Positions 29,485 through 39,457 of a DNA stretch of 64,000 nt are shown here, piece by piece. The notes under the pieces are model-generated. The model had not been told where the DNA came from and ran no database searches. It saw only the letters and a program-made list of their open reading frames with translations. Every line of letters starts with the position of its first letter. Within the stretch, counting starts at the first letter, position 1. Location of the stretch: the IMG/VR virus record IMGVR_UViG_3300033273_000392, positions 1 to 64,000 of that record. One strand, written 5' to 3'. This DNA is from a virus. The position numbers and the translations under genes were made by a program.

Positions 29485-30233
29485 TACGCTGTTTGACAGG
29501 TTGAGATAGTCAATACAGTTTCAGACTCGCTAGATGAGAAAACAACTTTAGAATCCGAAACAAATACGTTCTGCTCTTCCTTATCAAGCAACGCAAGATA
29601 CTTTTTATATACGGTAACACCACCGTCTCCTGTAGACTTCTGGTTAATAACCGCACTGAAAGTCTTACCTTTAACGTTTACTCCCTTACCATTCGCGTTG
29701 ATAGAGAATGTCTCCTCTTTATCCAATGTGAACAAGTTCTTAACCTTACCTAGGGTATGTGTGTCCATGTCAAAGTTAAACTTACTTCCTTCAGTTGAGA
29801 AGATAGCTTTGATCTGGTCTTGTGTAAGGTCCTTAAAGCCAATAGAAGGCTCTGAACATGATAGGGTAATCTCCAACTCATCATTATAGATTCGGAACGT
29901 AGATGCTACGTAATCCTCATCGTTTTCAATAAACTCAATCTCTCCCTTGATTGCATCATGTTCAAAGTGCTTGATTGCATCAATAACCTTAGATCCATCA
30001 AAGAAAGCGATCTTCAACTCCTTATCGGAATCAAATCCCCACTTACCCTTGGTATTAAACACTTTATCCGTCTCTACTGAGTGGAACTTAACAGCATCCC
30101 TCTGTGGTAAATAAACTGCTGAGGTAATCTTATCCTGATCCATCTTCATGTAGATGAATGAATCGATAAGCTTAACACGATTAATAAAAGATACCAGCTG
30201 GTGCTGGTCAATTCGATTGATTTTAAGTTTCAT
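29484..30233 (-). CDS. Probable sliding clamp (gp45-like)
   Basis: 249 aa beta-rich protein directly upstream of the polymerase C subunit, behind a middle-type promoter; no other clamp candidate in the window. Confidence 0.55.
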   Translation of the reverse strand: MKLKINRIDQHQLVSFINRVKLIDSFIYMKMDQDKITSAVYLPQRDAVKFHSVETDKVFNTKGKWGFDSDKELKIAFFDGSKVIDAIKHFEHDAIKGEIEFIENDEDYVASTFRIYNDELEITLSCSEPSIGFKDLTQDQIKAIFSTEGSKFNFDMDTHTLGKVKNLFTLDKEETFSINANGKGVNVKGKTFSAVINQKSTGDGGVTVYKKYLALLDKEEQNVFVSDSKVVFSSSESETVLTISTCQTA

Positions 30234-30283
30234 GCTTACTATTATTTATAAGTTCTATATGAAATGCCAAAAAAGTTTCAAAG

Positions 30284-30312
30284 AAAAAGGGCCCGCTATC
30301 GCGAGCCCCTTT
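30284..30312 (-). terminator. Intrinsic terminator
   Basis: AAGGGGCTCGC-GATA-GCGGGCCCTTTTT on the minus strand. Confidence 0.85.
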
Positions 30313-30330
30313 ATTCCCTGGTATTGAGGA

Positions 30331-30522
30331 TTATCCTTCAGCTTCAGTGCCTTCTGCGTTCTTCTTAGCAACGTAAGACCATACGAAACCAACGATGGAC
30401 ATTACGATACCAACACCTTCAAGCATCATGCCTTCATCAAGAACTCCCTTAGCAACTAGAGCACCTCCAGCTGTAGTTAGTACGTGGCGAATAATACCAT
30501 AAATTTGATCTTGTGTCAACAT
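30331..30522 (-). CDS. Small two-TM membrane protein (holin-like)
   Basis: GIIRHVLTTAGGALVAKG..VGIVMSIVGFVWS; own late motif and terminator. Confidence 0.6.
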   Translation of the reverse strand: MLTQDQIYGIIRHVLTTAGGALVAKGVLDEGMMLEGVGIVMSIVGFVWSYVAKKNAEGTEAEG

Positions 30523-30571
30523 AGCAATTAATTTTTTTTAGTTAGACTTTATATATATATCAGACATTGCT

Positions 30572-31012
30572 TTAGAATCTAAAGCCGAATCCAATTCCTA
30601 GGTTAGTAGTTCCGTTGTTTGTGTTATAAACAACTTTTGGGTCGACATAAAGGCCATTTACGCCAGTGCCGAGTAGCATACCTACACCAACATTCAAACC
30701 GAAGTCAGTTGTTAGGTTTTCAGTTCCCGCGTAGACGAAATAGTTATCTACGAAGTAACGAGCGTGTACGTCTAGGTTCAAATCACCTGCTACAACTTCT
30801 CCGTCCTCATTGAGAGTTGTGCCTTGGTTAACTGAAACGCCAGCCATAACATCGTCTGTGAAAGCATATCCAACGGTAGGTGTTAGTGCCCATTGGGTCC
30901 ATGCTGTGTTTGAAAGATCTCCAGTACCAATGTACCAATCTCCCTGTTGTTGTGCGTTAATTGAGAGCAGCGCACCTGCTACAAGTCCGAAAGTCAAAAA
31001 TAACTTCTTCAT
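30572..31012 (-). CDS. Outer-membrane beta-barrel protein (about 8 strands)
   Basis: Sec signal peptide (..SINA/QQ), amphipathic beta strands, C-terminal GIGFGFRF BAM signal. Confidence 0.8.
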   Translation of the reverse strand: MKKLFLTFGLVAGALLSINAQQQGDWYIGTGDLSNTAWTQWALTPTVGYAFTDDVMAGVSVNQGTTLNEDGEVVAGDLNLDVHARYFVDNYFVYAGTENLTTDFGLNVGVGMLLGTGVNGLYVDPKVVYNTNNGTTNLGIGFGFRF

Positions 31013-31061
31013 GTTTATTTAGGTTTGTGGCCCGAAGGCCGGTTAAACTCTTGTTTATATA

Positions 31062-32882
31062 TCAGCCATCGCAACTTAGGCAATCAGGATCTGTAGCTGA
31101 TGACGCGATATCGCCCCTTAATACCGATTCTGTTCGCATATAATAAAGTGTCTTGATTCCCTGGTTGTAAGCTTCTAAGTGTACCTGATTGATAAACTTA
31201 GGAGCTGCCTCTTTAGGGAAGGCAAGATTTAACGATACGGATTGATCCACATACTGTTGCCTCACTCCAGCCTGCTTCACAAGATCCAACTGATTTATCT
31301 CTTTAAAAGTCTTAAATACGTCTGCTAGTGGAATATACTTTTCTCTATCCACGTCAGACATCTTATCTAGCTTATCTTTTTTAATAGGCTTACTAAATTC
31401 ACCGTCAAATGATTCACCGATATGAACATAGTAGTCTCCTATCCAATCCAAGCCCTGTACTGAACCGCCATCTACAAGAATCTGATCCCATGTCTTCTTA
31501 GTATTCTTATTGATAAGATCTAAGACTTTCTCTAGTGATTTGTTTTTTCTAATAAACGTTCCCTTTGCAGTTTGTTCTGTAAATACGTTTGCAGCCCATG
31601 GCTCAATGCCTGGTGATACATTACCGCTAAGCTTAGAATTAGATACAGTAGGTGCAACTGCTCTTAGGTGAGTGTTGCGCATTCCAGTACCAGAGCACCA
31701 TAGAGGTTCACCGTATTCATGTGCCATATCACGGCTTGCCTTTTCACTTTCCGTCTTAATCTGACTAAAGATCTTACGAGTTTCAAACTGAGCAGTAAGC
31801 CCTTCAAAAGGAATGTTACGGTCTTGTAGGTATGTGTGCCATCCAAGAACACCAAGACCCAATGCTCTACCCTTTTCAGCAGATCTTACAGAGTTTTCAA
31901 ACCCACGCATATACTTTGCCTTAGCAATAAACTCTTCAAGAACACCGTCAAGGAACCAAGTTGCAGTATAGATGAGATCTGTGTCTTTCCACTCATCATA
32001 TCTTGCAAGGTTAACTGAACTCAAGCAGCACACAAAAGAATGGGACTCATCTGTATGGAGTGTAATCTCAGAGCAGATGTTGGTCATATAGACCTTTAGC
32101 CCATTCTTTTTATACGCGTCTGGGTTGACGTTATTAACGTTTCCTTTAAACATAATGTATGGTTCTCCAGTTGCTCTGCGCTTTCTTAGAACAGCAGCCC
32201 AGCGCTTTCTGGATTCCTTATCACCCGCCTCAACTCTTTGCATGAAGCTATCAGAGACAACAACACATTGGTGCATATTTAGACATTGGCGGTTTACATC
32301 ACCCTTAGGCTCTCTAATCTCAAGCCATTCCCAAAAGTCACCGTGCTCAATATCAATATTGACCGATGCTGCGCCACGACGAACCGCACCTTGGTTAGTA
32401 GCCAAGATAGATGAATCATAGATTTTACAGAATGGGACAATACCATCTGAGGTTCCATTCTGTGAGATATTAGATCCAGCAGGTCTGATTTGGTTCACCC
32501 CAATACCTACGCCGCCGCCATGCTTAGCAAGTAGCATCATCTCTAGGTTCTTGTTACCGATATCATGAATAGAATCAGCGACGTCGATACCAAAGCAAGA
32601 GATAGGTAGACCTCGTTCTGTACCTGTATTAGAAAGAACAGGAGAAGCTAGGTTTAACCAACCTTTCCAAATGTAGTCGAAAAACTTTGACGCAAGTTCT
32701 GGCTTTTGGAGTCTTTTAGCGATAGCAGTTGCCACGCGCCAATAAGCATCCTTTGGTGTCTCTCCTTCTAAGAGATAGCCACGGCTAATTGTCTTTACGT
32801 AGATCTCGGTGTTACCCCAAGTAGGAAAGTCTACTCCAAGCTCCCAGCCCAATTCTTCGCCATAGTTCATTTCTTCTTCCAT
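31062..32882 (-). CDS. nrdA: Ribonucleotide reductase class Ia alpha subunit
   Basis: ISCF, GGGVG, TNICSEI, CCLSS, APTVSNS, KTLYY, C-terminal CLSC; no N-terminal ATP cone. Confidence 0.96.
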   Translation of the reverse strand: MEEEMNYGEELGWELGVDFPTWGNTEIYVKTISRGYLLEGETPKDAYWRVATAIAKRLQKPELASKFFDYIWKGWLNLASPVLSNTGTERGLPISCFGIDVADSIHDIGNKNLEMMLLAKHGGGVGIGVNQIRPAGSNISQNGTSDGIVPFCKIYDSSILATNQGAVRRGAASVNIDIEHGDFWEWLEIREPKGDVNRQCLNMHQCVVVSDSFMQRVEAGDKESRKRWAAVLRKRRATGEPYIMFKGNVNNVNPDAYKKNGLKVYMTNICSEITLHTDESHSFVCCLSSVNLARYDEWKDTDLIYTATWFLDGVLEEFIAKAKYMRGFENSVRSAEKGRALGLGVLGWHTYLQDRNIPFEGLTAQFETRKIFSQIKTESEKASRDMAHEYGEPLWCSGTGMRNTHLRAVAPTVSNSKLSGNVSPGIEPWAANVFTEQTAKGTFIRKNKSLEKVLDLINKNTKKTWDQILVDGGSVQGLDWIGDYYVHIGESFDGEFSKPIKKDKLDKMSDVDREKYIPLADVFKTFKEINQLDLVKQAGVRQQYVDQSVSLNLAFPKEAAPKFINQVHLEAYNQGIKTLYYMRTESVLRGDIASSATDPDCLSCDG

Positions 32883-32921
32883 TTAATAACTGTCTTATTA
32901 TACTATGCTAAATAGTTTTGT

Positions 32922-33920
32922 TTAAAAAATATCGTCCTCGTCCCAGTTCTCGTCTTCTCCAGCCTTAGAATAGTCTGTTGGTCTTACCGCAAAGAAATCT
33001 GTATGTGTATGTCCACCAGTAAGATGGTAGAACCAATCTAGCTGAGAAGCTGATTCATCATCATACTTCATTTTTGGCTCATAGCCAAGCTCTACAAGCT
33101 TCTCATTTGCTCTCTTGATAATAAAGTTCTTTAGGTCTATTGCCTTAAGATTCTCCAGATCTCCCATCTCAAACATCTTCTCAATAAACTTATGTTCCAT
33201 CTGAACCATAAGCTCTGCTGCATGTTCAACTTCTGGTCTCACAAGCTCCTTAAGCTCTGGGTATTCCTCACACATATGACAGAATAGCTGACATCCCATC
33301 TTAGAATGTAGTGACTCGTCTCTAACTGACCACTTCATTTGCTGTCCAATTCCTTTAAGCATGTTTCTCATCTGAAATGAGTACAATACTGCAAATGAAG
33401 AGTATAGTGAAACTCCTTCGGCAAACGCTGAGAAAATAGCTAGAGACCTTGCCACATCCTTACGTGCTCTTGCATCTTTAGATAAATCGTCGTGTGTATA
33501 GTCTGCTTCGGTTGAAGTTAGCATTTCAAACTTCTCTGCAACCGCAGGCTCATGTAAGAATGCTGAGAAATCTTCAAGTCCTAGTGTTTCGTTTAAATAT
33601 GAGTATGCTGTGGCGTGAATAGTCTCTTGAGAGCCAAACATCATAGCCATCTGCTTAATTTCGTGTTTTGGGAACCAGCGAGTAACCATAGTTGTCCAAT
33701 AATCGGAAACTGCACATTCGGTCTGTGCAAAACCCAATAGGATATTACCCACGATGTTCTTTTCATGTGGTAATAACGCCTCGTTCCAATCTTTTACATC
33801 ACCCTGCATTGAGATTTCGGTATGTAACCAAAATGCTTGGGCCTGTTTTAACCATCCTTCTAAGTAATATACGGGGTACTCAAAAGGCTTATATTCAATT
33901 CTTTCTTTAAAAAGTGACAT
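32922..33920 (-). CDS. nrdB: Ribonucleotide reductase beta subunit
   Basis: FW, ETIH..AY, EGVSLY, RDESLH, DFF; likely start MSLFKER at 33920. Confidence 0.96.
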   Translation of the reverse strand: MSLFKERIEYKPFEYPVYYLEGWLKQAQAFWLHTEISMQGDVKDWNEALLPHEKNIVGNILLGFAQTECAVSDYWTTMVTRWFPKHEIKQMAMMFGSQETIHATAYSYLNETLGLEDFSAFLHEPAVAEKFEMLTSTEADYTHDDLSKDARARKDVARSLAIFSAFAEGVSLYSSFAVLYSFQMRNMLKGIGQQMKWSVRDESLHSKMGCQLFCHMCEEYPELKELVRPEVEHAAELMVQMEHKFIEKMFEMGDLENLKAIDLKNFIIKRANEKLVELGYEPKMKYDDESASQLDWFYHLTGGHTHTDFFAVRPTDYSKAGEDENWDEDDIF

Positions 33921-34048
33921 TTTGCTATTATTTTTTACATAAGTCGAAAAACGGCCTATCTCTAGGCCGACATCCAACTCATAATCTAAAAATACTAGCA
34001 GCGCTGCAAGTGATTTATATATTTGAAATGCTGCTTGTAATTTCCAAA

Positions 34049-35452
34049 TTAAGAGTTAAACTTTTTCTTCAATTCCCTAGCTTTTTCGTAAAAATCATAC
34101 GAAGTTTTCTTGTATTGTTTACGCTGGGCATATAGATCTGTTAGAATCTTTCTAAGGATAGAATCCTCTTTTTGATAAACGACACCGTTTTCGCATACTA
34201 TGACATCTTCATCTTTACGACGCGTATTTATCTGGTCCTGAGTTACCATTTCGACGTATGAGTCAGGTGAGATATTAAACTGACGCATGATAGAAGGGTA
34301 TAGGGATGCAAAGTCAAATGCGCTAACTCCGCTATAATATCCTGAGATGGGTTCCTTGACAAATGCACCGGCGTACTTGCCGTCTTTCTTACCATCTTCT
34401 TTATCATACTCAATGCCAACTCGCTTATTCTGTTCAACAAGCTTACGTGCAATGAGTGCTTCAGTAACCGCCACTGGAGATGCTGCCTTATACAATGGCA
34501 TCTTCGTAATAGTGGCTAGCGTAAGAAGAACCTCCATGCTTCTAAGCTTCTCGTCAATATAGTATACAAGAATAGAGTCAACTACGTTATAGAATACGTA
34601 TTTCTTAAAGTCATTCTCATAAAGATCTTGAAGCGATCCTTGATACTTAATCTTCTTTACATTAAGAACCTGACCAGAAACATAGTCGAGTGTATTAGAT
34701 TCCTTTACCTTAACAGAACGATCATACTTATCGTAAAGCTGCATGTAGTCCAAGATTCCCATATGCAATGGACGGCTATCATTACGGTCTAATTCACCGG
34801 TAATTGCCACTTCGCTAAGGTCGATCTGAAGTCTCTTACATCGGTTTACAATATATTGCCAGTCATAGTTAATAAAGTTCCATCCTGTCATCATAGGAAA
34901 CTTAGGAAGGAACTTATGCAAGAAAGTGTACAGCATATTGTACTCGTCCTTAAACTTGTAATAGCTAAACTCCCAGTCTTGATCGTATCCCTCGAAATGT
35001 GCGTTGGTATCTTCCTCGATCTTTTTGATTTGATCAGAAGAAAGATCGTCTAGACCAAGAACAATTGCCTTACGTTCTGGTGTAATAATAGAGAACGTAA
35101 GAATACGGGACTTAGCTTCCTCTGGTTTAGGAAAGCCATCTACGATCTCGGTCTCGATATCGACAAAATATGTTCTAGGGATATTGAACTCAAAGATCTC
35201 GTTACGGTCCTTTTCAGGAAGGCTGTCCATAAAATAGATCAATGAGAACTTATTAAATGCTCTTGATCGATTCTTCTTTACACAACGTCCATCCCAATTT
35301 AGAATTCCCTCTTGGCGATCTCGGTCTTCGTTATTAGTGACAACCCAGTTCTCAAATTGTGAGACTGGATATCTTTTAAAGCTTACCTTACCCTCCCTGT
35401 TATAGTAACTTACAATTACCTCGGAATCTCTCTGCTCAATATCAAGTAGCAT
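34049..35452 (-). CDS. Family B DNA polymerase, N-terminal subunit (3'-5' exonuclease plus motif A)
   Basis: DIET (Exo I), GWN..YD (Exo II), YNVVD (Exo III), YAGAFV, FDFASLYPSIM..NISPD; ends in the fingers helix. Confidence 0.95.
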   Translation of the reverse strand: MLLDIEQRDSEVIVSYYNREGKVSFKRYPVSQFENWVVTNNEDRDRQEGILNWDGRCVKKNRSRAFNKFSLIYFMDSLPEKDRNEIFEFNIPRTYFVDIETEIVDGFPKPEEAKSRILTFSIITPERKAIVLGLDDLSSDQIKKIEEDTNAHFEGYDQDWEFSYYKFKDEYNMLYTFLHKFLPKFPMMTGWNFINYDWQYIVNRCKRLQIDLSEVAITGELDRNDSRPLHMGILDYMQLYDKYDRSVKVKESNTLDYVSGQVLNVKKIKYQGSLQDLYENDFKKYVFYNVVDSILVYYIDEKLRSMEVLLTLATITKMPLYKAASPVAVTEALIARKLVEQNKRVGIEYDKEDGKKDGKYAGAFVKEPISGYYSGVSAFDFASLYPSIMRQFNISPDSYVEMVTQDQINTRRKDEDVIVCENGVVYQKEDSILRKILTDLYAQRKQYKKTSYDFYEKARELKKKFNS

Positions 35453-35916
35453 TAGTATCCGCGGTTTTGGCGATCGTGATTCTCTTCGTTTTTAGCCATA
35501 TATAGATTGACTACATCTTTTGCAGTCATTCCAATTGAAATGGCAAAGTTCATATAGAAATGAAGACCATCAATCCACTCGTAGTAAAGCTCGAGGCGAT
35601 CATCATCGGAAAGGTCTTCGATACGCATATCTTTTGCCTTAACGTTATCCTTTTTCCAGTATTTCCAAGCCGCTGATGCAATACCATCATTAACTCCTCC
35701 AAGTGCATCAAACATTTCATTAAGCTCATCACTCATTGCATGTTTGTTAACACACCAAAAGTCTGCGATTTCTTTAAGAGTCCATCCATCAAAGTTAAAT
35801 CCTAGGCGCTCTTGCAATTCTTTTTGCTTGTTGTAAACCATGCCTAGAGTATCATTTGACTCAGTATAGTAGTCCTTAACTTCTAGATCTGCACATTTAT
35901 TGTCTGCGTTAGCCAT
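35452..35916 (-). CDS. All-alpha dNTP pyrophosphatase (dUTPase/dCTPase, gp56-like)
   Basis: DELNE, WKYWK, EWIDGLHF, Y-x-AKNEEN-x-x-RQ-x-x-GY. Confidence 0.88.
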   Translation of the reverse strand: MANADNKCADLEVKDYYTESNDTLGMVYNKQKELQERLGFNFDGWTLKEIADFWCVNKHAMSDELNEMFDALGGVNDGIASAAWKYWKKDNVKAKDMRIEDLSDDDRLELYYEWIDGLHFYMNFAISIGMTAKDVVNLYMAKNEENHDRQNRGY

Positions 35917-35954
35917 GTGTTTTTGTTTTTTCTATTCGTATTTGTAATATTGTT

Positions 35955-36851
35955 TCACTTATCAGTATCTCTAATCTCTCCCCATTCTCTTTGCGAGTCT
36001 ATTGTCTTTTTAGTCTTTTCAAAATCTGGTTTAGGATCGCCGCCTACATTCCAAAACCAAGCACCTGGAGATCCATGCTTTACCATAAATTCCCATGCCT
36101 TGGCGTCATAGTTAAGCGCAGATGGGAAAGGGGGGAAGAATTCTGAACTTACATTTTGGTTAAACGCTTTTGGGTGGCTCCACATAGTAGCGCGGCCTCT
36201 TTCTCCTTTCTGTATATTACGAGCAACCGCAACCGCATTAAACTTAGTATCTGGCCATGCAATCTGCAATGAGCGTTGCAAGACGCCTGTTGAAATAGCC
36301 GACCATGCCTCTTCAGGATATCCATGATTCTCTGCTAAGTCATAAGCAACCTTTACAGCAGCCGCAGTAACCCACTCGTGCTTAAGGCCGAGGGGGATAA
36401 AAAATGCATTGTTATCTTCTGCCCAATCTTTTGCTATCTTATTTAGGTTAGGCATAGCAGCGATTCTACGGAACTTCATTTCAGCACCACGCTCTACACA
36501 GATTGCCTGGTGATCTGAAATCTCTTTCTGGCTTGGGCTAAAGAGAACAAGCCTCTTATTATACTTCTTGGCTAAATATGCAAGAGAGATACCTGCGAAT
36601 CCATACCTAGGCTGAACATATACCAATGTATCTGACTCTGCCTTTTGTACTAGGATATCTCCGAATCTACACTTTGATCCAAAGCCCATCATATCTTCGC
36701 GCACTACTTTAAATCCATCATGCTCAACGATTTCAGGAGCATCGAATGGATCTTTCCAGTCCCCTGCTAGTTCTAGCCACGCGTCTCTATTAGGGTACAT
36801 AAGGTTTAAGTCCTGATTATACTCGCTTTCTGTATGTTTGTTATGAGCCAT
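35955..36851 (-). CDS. PLP-dependent fold-type II enzyme (ACC deaminase / D-Cys desulfhydrase-like)
   Basis: VVRED..GSKCR (PLP lysine), FIPLG, ISTG, YDAKAW, FWNVG. Confidence 0.75.
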   Translation of the reverse strand: MAHNKHTESEYNQDLNLMYPNRDAWLELAGDWKDPFDAPEIVEHDGFKVVREDMMGFGSKCRFGDILVQKAESDTLVYVQPRYGFAGISLAYLAKKYNKRLVLFSPSQKEISDHQAICVERGAEMKFRRIAAMPNLNKIAKDWAEDNNAFFIPLGLKHEWVTAAAVKVAYDLAENHGYPEEAWSAISTGVLQRSLQIAWPDTKFNAVAVARNIQKGERGRATMWSHPKAFNQNVSSEFFPPFPSALNYDAKAWEFMVKHGSPGAWFWNVGGDPKPDFEKTKKTIDSQREWGEIRDTDK

Positions 36852-38055
36852 ATAGTTCTGATACTTTTTGTTTGTATGATTCTACTGTGAGACCCGCTTC
36901 AGCAATAATCTTGTCATCGCTAGGGTGATGGGTCATACCGTTAAAGGTTTCTACTAGACCGAGATCTAGCATAGCCTTCTGTCTACCAAATGGATGGTCT
37001 TTGATAGTCGATGAGTTCCATAGGCTATCCATATCAATATGCTTATAGTCAGCGCCGGGTCTCATATAGTTTTCAATCCAACGGATAAAGTCACACGCAA
37101 CATCCTCTGCGTTATATGGAAGTGAACCAGTCTCTTCATATATCTTTGTCATCACGGCATCAAGGAATGGTTCTGACTTTTTGCCCTTTCCGCTAACCGG
37201 ATCAGCAAGATATCCAATACATTCCACTGCGTTTGTCCCATAGTAGAACATAGACTCGCGGTTCACATATTCAGGGAACCAATCAGCAATATCAGCTAAG
37301 ACAGCAGCATACTGGAACTTATAAGCTCTAAGGCCATTTTCTTTATTCCAATCAAACATCCATTGTCCGATGTCTCTGAGATTCTTTTTATCTCCCTCTT
37401 CAAGGTAGTTAGCCAAGTCACGAGCTAATCTAGGTGCAAATTCACAAAGGAAATAATCACCGCCTCTCTTATAACGATACTTAGGGCCTTCAAACCCTGC
37501 CATACCAACAAATAAATCTCCCTCTTCAACCGCCGGCGGCTTAGGGAACGCAGGGAACTGATATCCAACAGAAGTATAGAAAGACTTTGTAGCGCCTTTC
37601 ACCTGTTCACACATCTGTTCAATAGTATCGGATTGCCACAAGTCAAATAGGAGTGTGTTATGATATCCGCTAGGCTTAGTAGCATAGTTGATTGCCGATC
37701 CACAAACCCTGTGCAAGATAAACACATATAGCCATTCAGGAAGGCCAAATACATCCTGCTTTCCAGTCCAGTTTGTAGCTACATCTTTTCTTTGTGGCGT
37801 GATAAGACCCTCTTGCATGCGAGACCAATACGGATGGTCTTCTGTCCATCCGTAAAAACAGTCGTTTACAATCTGGCTAAATCCAGCAAACTTACGTTCA
37901 ACCACATCGTAGAGTTCGATATGTTCCATAAGAGGATCGTTCATATCAGATTCCTGATGCGGTATATGTCCTAGATTAGACTTCTTCTGCTGATCTAGAG
38001 CTAAGTTGTAATAACGGATAAACTCGTCATAGTATTTTGTAGTAGTAATATCCAT
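36841..38055 (-). CDS. Divergent alpha-glutamyl/putrescinyl-thymine pyrophosphorylase-like DNA modification transferase
   Basis: Motif order DPL..YDVVER, LHR, F..A.VLAD, YGTNA..CI, AEDVACDFIRW parallels the aGPT-Pplase pattern (DP..F-x-NV-x-R; E-x-x-LCE-x-x-KY) as recalled; the gene neighbourhood fits. Confidence 0.6.
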   Translation of the reverse strand: MDITTTKYYDEFIRYYNLALDQQKKSNLGHIPHQESDMNDPLMEHIELYDVVERKFAGFSQIVNDCFYGWTEDHPYWSRMQEGLITPQRKDVATNWTGKQDVFGLPEWLYVFILHRVCGSAINYATKPSGYHNTLLFDLWQSDTIEQMCEQVKGATKSFYTSVGYQFPAFPKPPAVEEGDLFVGMAGFEGPKYRYKRGGDYFLCEFAPRLARDLANYLEEGDKKNLRDIGQWMFDWNKENGLRAYKFQYAAVLADIADWFPEYVNRESMFYYGTNAVECIGYLADPVSGKGKKSEPFLDAVMTKIYEETGSLPYNAEDVACDFIRWIENYMRPGADYKHIDMDSLWNSSTIKDHPFGRQKAMLDLGLVETFNGMTHHPSDDKIIAEAGLTVESYKQKVSELYGS

Positions 38056-39131
38056 TAAAAAAGAGCTGCTTGAATTTTTGTCTCGCCAAATTTTTTGTTT
38101 TCTTCGTCTTTAATTAAATCCCATCGATAGAACTCACGCGCAATATGTACCGACTTAGGCTTTTCCATAACATCAAATGTAAGTTCGCCTAGACTGTTTT
38201 TGTAACATGCTGGATGTTGCCATGTTTTCCATTCATTCCTAGCGCACATCGATACAACAAGTTCATTAAATTCTTTTACGAGATTAGTTCTTTCTTCCCA
38301 AGTTCCAAAGTAAGGCGTATCTTTATAGTAACCTGTCTTTGGTAGTTTTCTAGATACGTCTTCAATAGGCAAAGCTTGTACTACCTCAATGTCATTAATT
38401 CCTAAGTCTTGTAGCTGTAGCTCATATTCTAGCATCATGCTTTTAAGTGATGAATGTGGATCCTTCTGTCTCATTAGGTGGTGTCTTATATCTATATTAC
38501 CTAAATACACTCGAAGTGAATTAATTCCACTTGGAACATAAGTAGAAATACCACGCTTTAAGGTACCGAAGAGTGTCAATCCATCATTTCTATCACACAT
38601 AAAACCAGGAGTATACTGACTGAATGAATGAGAATCGCCAAAGCAAAGCTTATCTGTCTTTTCAATAAGGTCTACTCGCTTGATTTCTTTACAGATTTTC
38701 TTTGCTTCATCAATAGATGACTCAAGCGTCTTAAACAGATCCGAACCCGTCTTAAGCCTCTTTTCAATAAGAGTACCAACACATGGCATATCATGATGCA
38801 ATGAGTACATGCGAACCTTCTTAAAAAGCCGGTTGACCTGTCGGTACAAGTCATCATTGGCACCTCCAAAGATATTAAAGTTGCCCTTGAATTCCATACC
38901 ATGTTCTAGAAGGATAACGTCATAGTCTTCCCAATTTGTAGTATTATCATTGATAACACTCACACTAGGATAACCAGCATGCCACAATTGATTGCAAAGC
39001 ATATAAGCCCATCCCGCTTTATGCGAAGTGGGCTTAGAACTAAGCTTACCAACAATTGGGCATATACCAATCTTGATTCTAGTGTCAGGCTCGAGATCCG
39101 TAAAGTATACTTTATTGTTCGTATCCGGCAT
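38055..39131 (-). CDS. Two-domain protein with C-terminal SGNH/GDSL-like fold
   Basis: FGDSHS (block I), G (block II), LGNID (block III), SVH (block V). Confidence 0.55.
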   Translation of the reverse strand: MPDTNNKVYFTDLEPDTRIKIGICPIVGKLSSKPTSHKAGWAYMLCNQLWHAGYPSVSVINDNTTNWEDYDVILLEHGMEFKGNFNIFGGANDDLYRQVNRLFKKVRMYSLHHDMPCVGTLIEKRLKTGSDLFKTLESSIDEAKKICKEIKRVDLIEKTDKLCFGDSHSFSQYTPGFMCDRNDGLTLFGTLKRGISTYVPSGINSLRVYLGNIDIRHHLMRQKDPHSSLKSMMLEYELQLQDLGINDIEVVQALPIEDVSRKLPKTGYYKDTPYFGTWEERTNLVKEFNELVVSMCARNEWKTWQHPACYKNSLGELTFDVMEKPKSVHIAREFYRWDLIKDEENKKFGETKIQAALF

Positions 39132-39441
39132 CTGCGTCTGATAGATCTATTGGAGCTTCGTTATCCTTGTAACCGTACTTTTTGATATAGTTATCAAGGC
39201 CACCGATATATGCGACTGCGTCAAGCAAGTTATCTTGTTTGTAGTTATATGAATGTCGGCTAAGCTTAAGGGCAACAAGAGCTGCATACATGTCAGATCC
39301 TGTCCACTCTTTACCTGTCATACCTGAACAAATCATAGCTGCACGGCGCATACCTTCTTCAAAGGGGCCATACATTCTTTCTTTTTCTTCAGATCGATGA
39401 TTAATAATCTGATCAGCGTCTTTAAGAATGTTATTACTCAT
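39112..39441 (-). CDS. DUF6378-like all-alpha nucleotide-modification-associated protein
   Basis: ILKDADQII..R...YG, LKLSR, DNLLDAVAY. Confidence 0.65.
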   Translation of the reverse strand: MSNNILKDADQIINHRSEEKERMYGPFEEGMRRAAMICSGMTGKEWTGSDMYAALVALKLSRHSYNYKQDNLLDAVAYIGGLDNYIKKYGYKDNEAPIDLSDADAGYEQ

Positions 39442-39457
39442 GAGATACTTTTCTTTT

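Noticed and set aside
28279-35452. Split intein or group I intron joining the polymerase halves
   Set aside because: No Cys/Ser-initiated intein N part, no His-Asn/Cys junction, and no homing endonuclease or intron-sized gap at either end.
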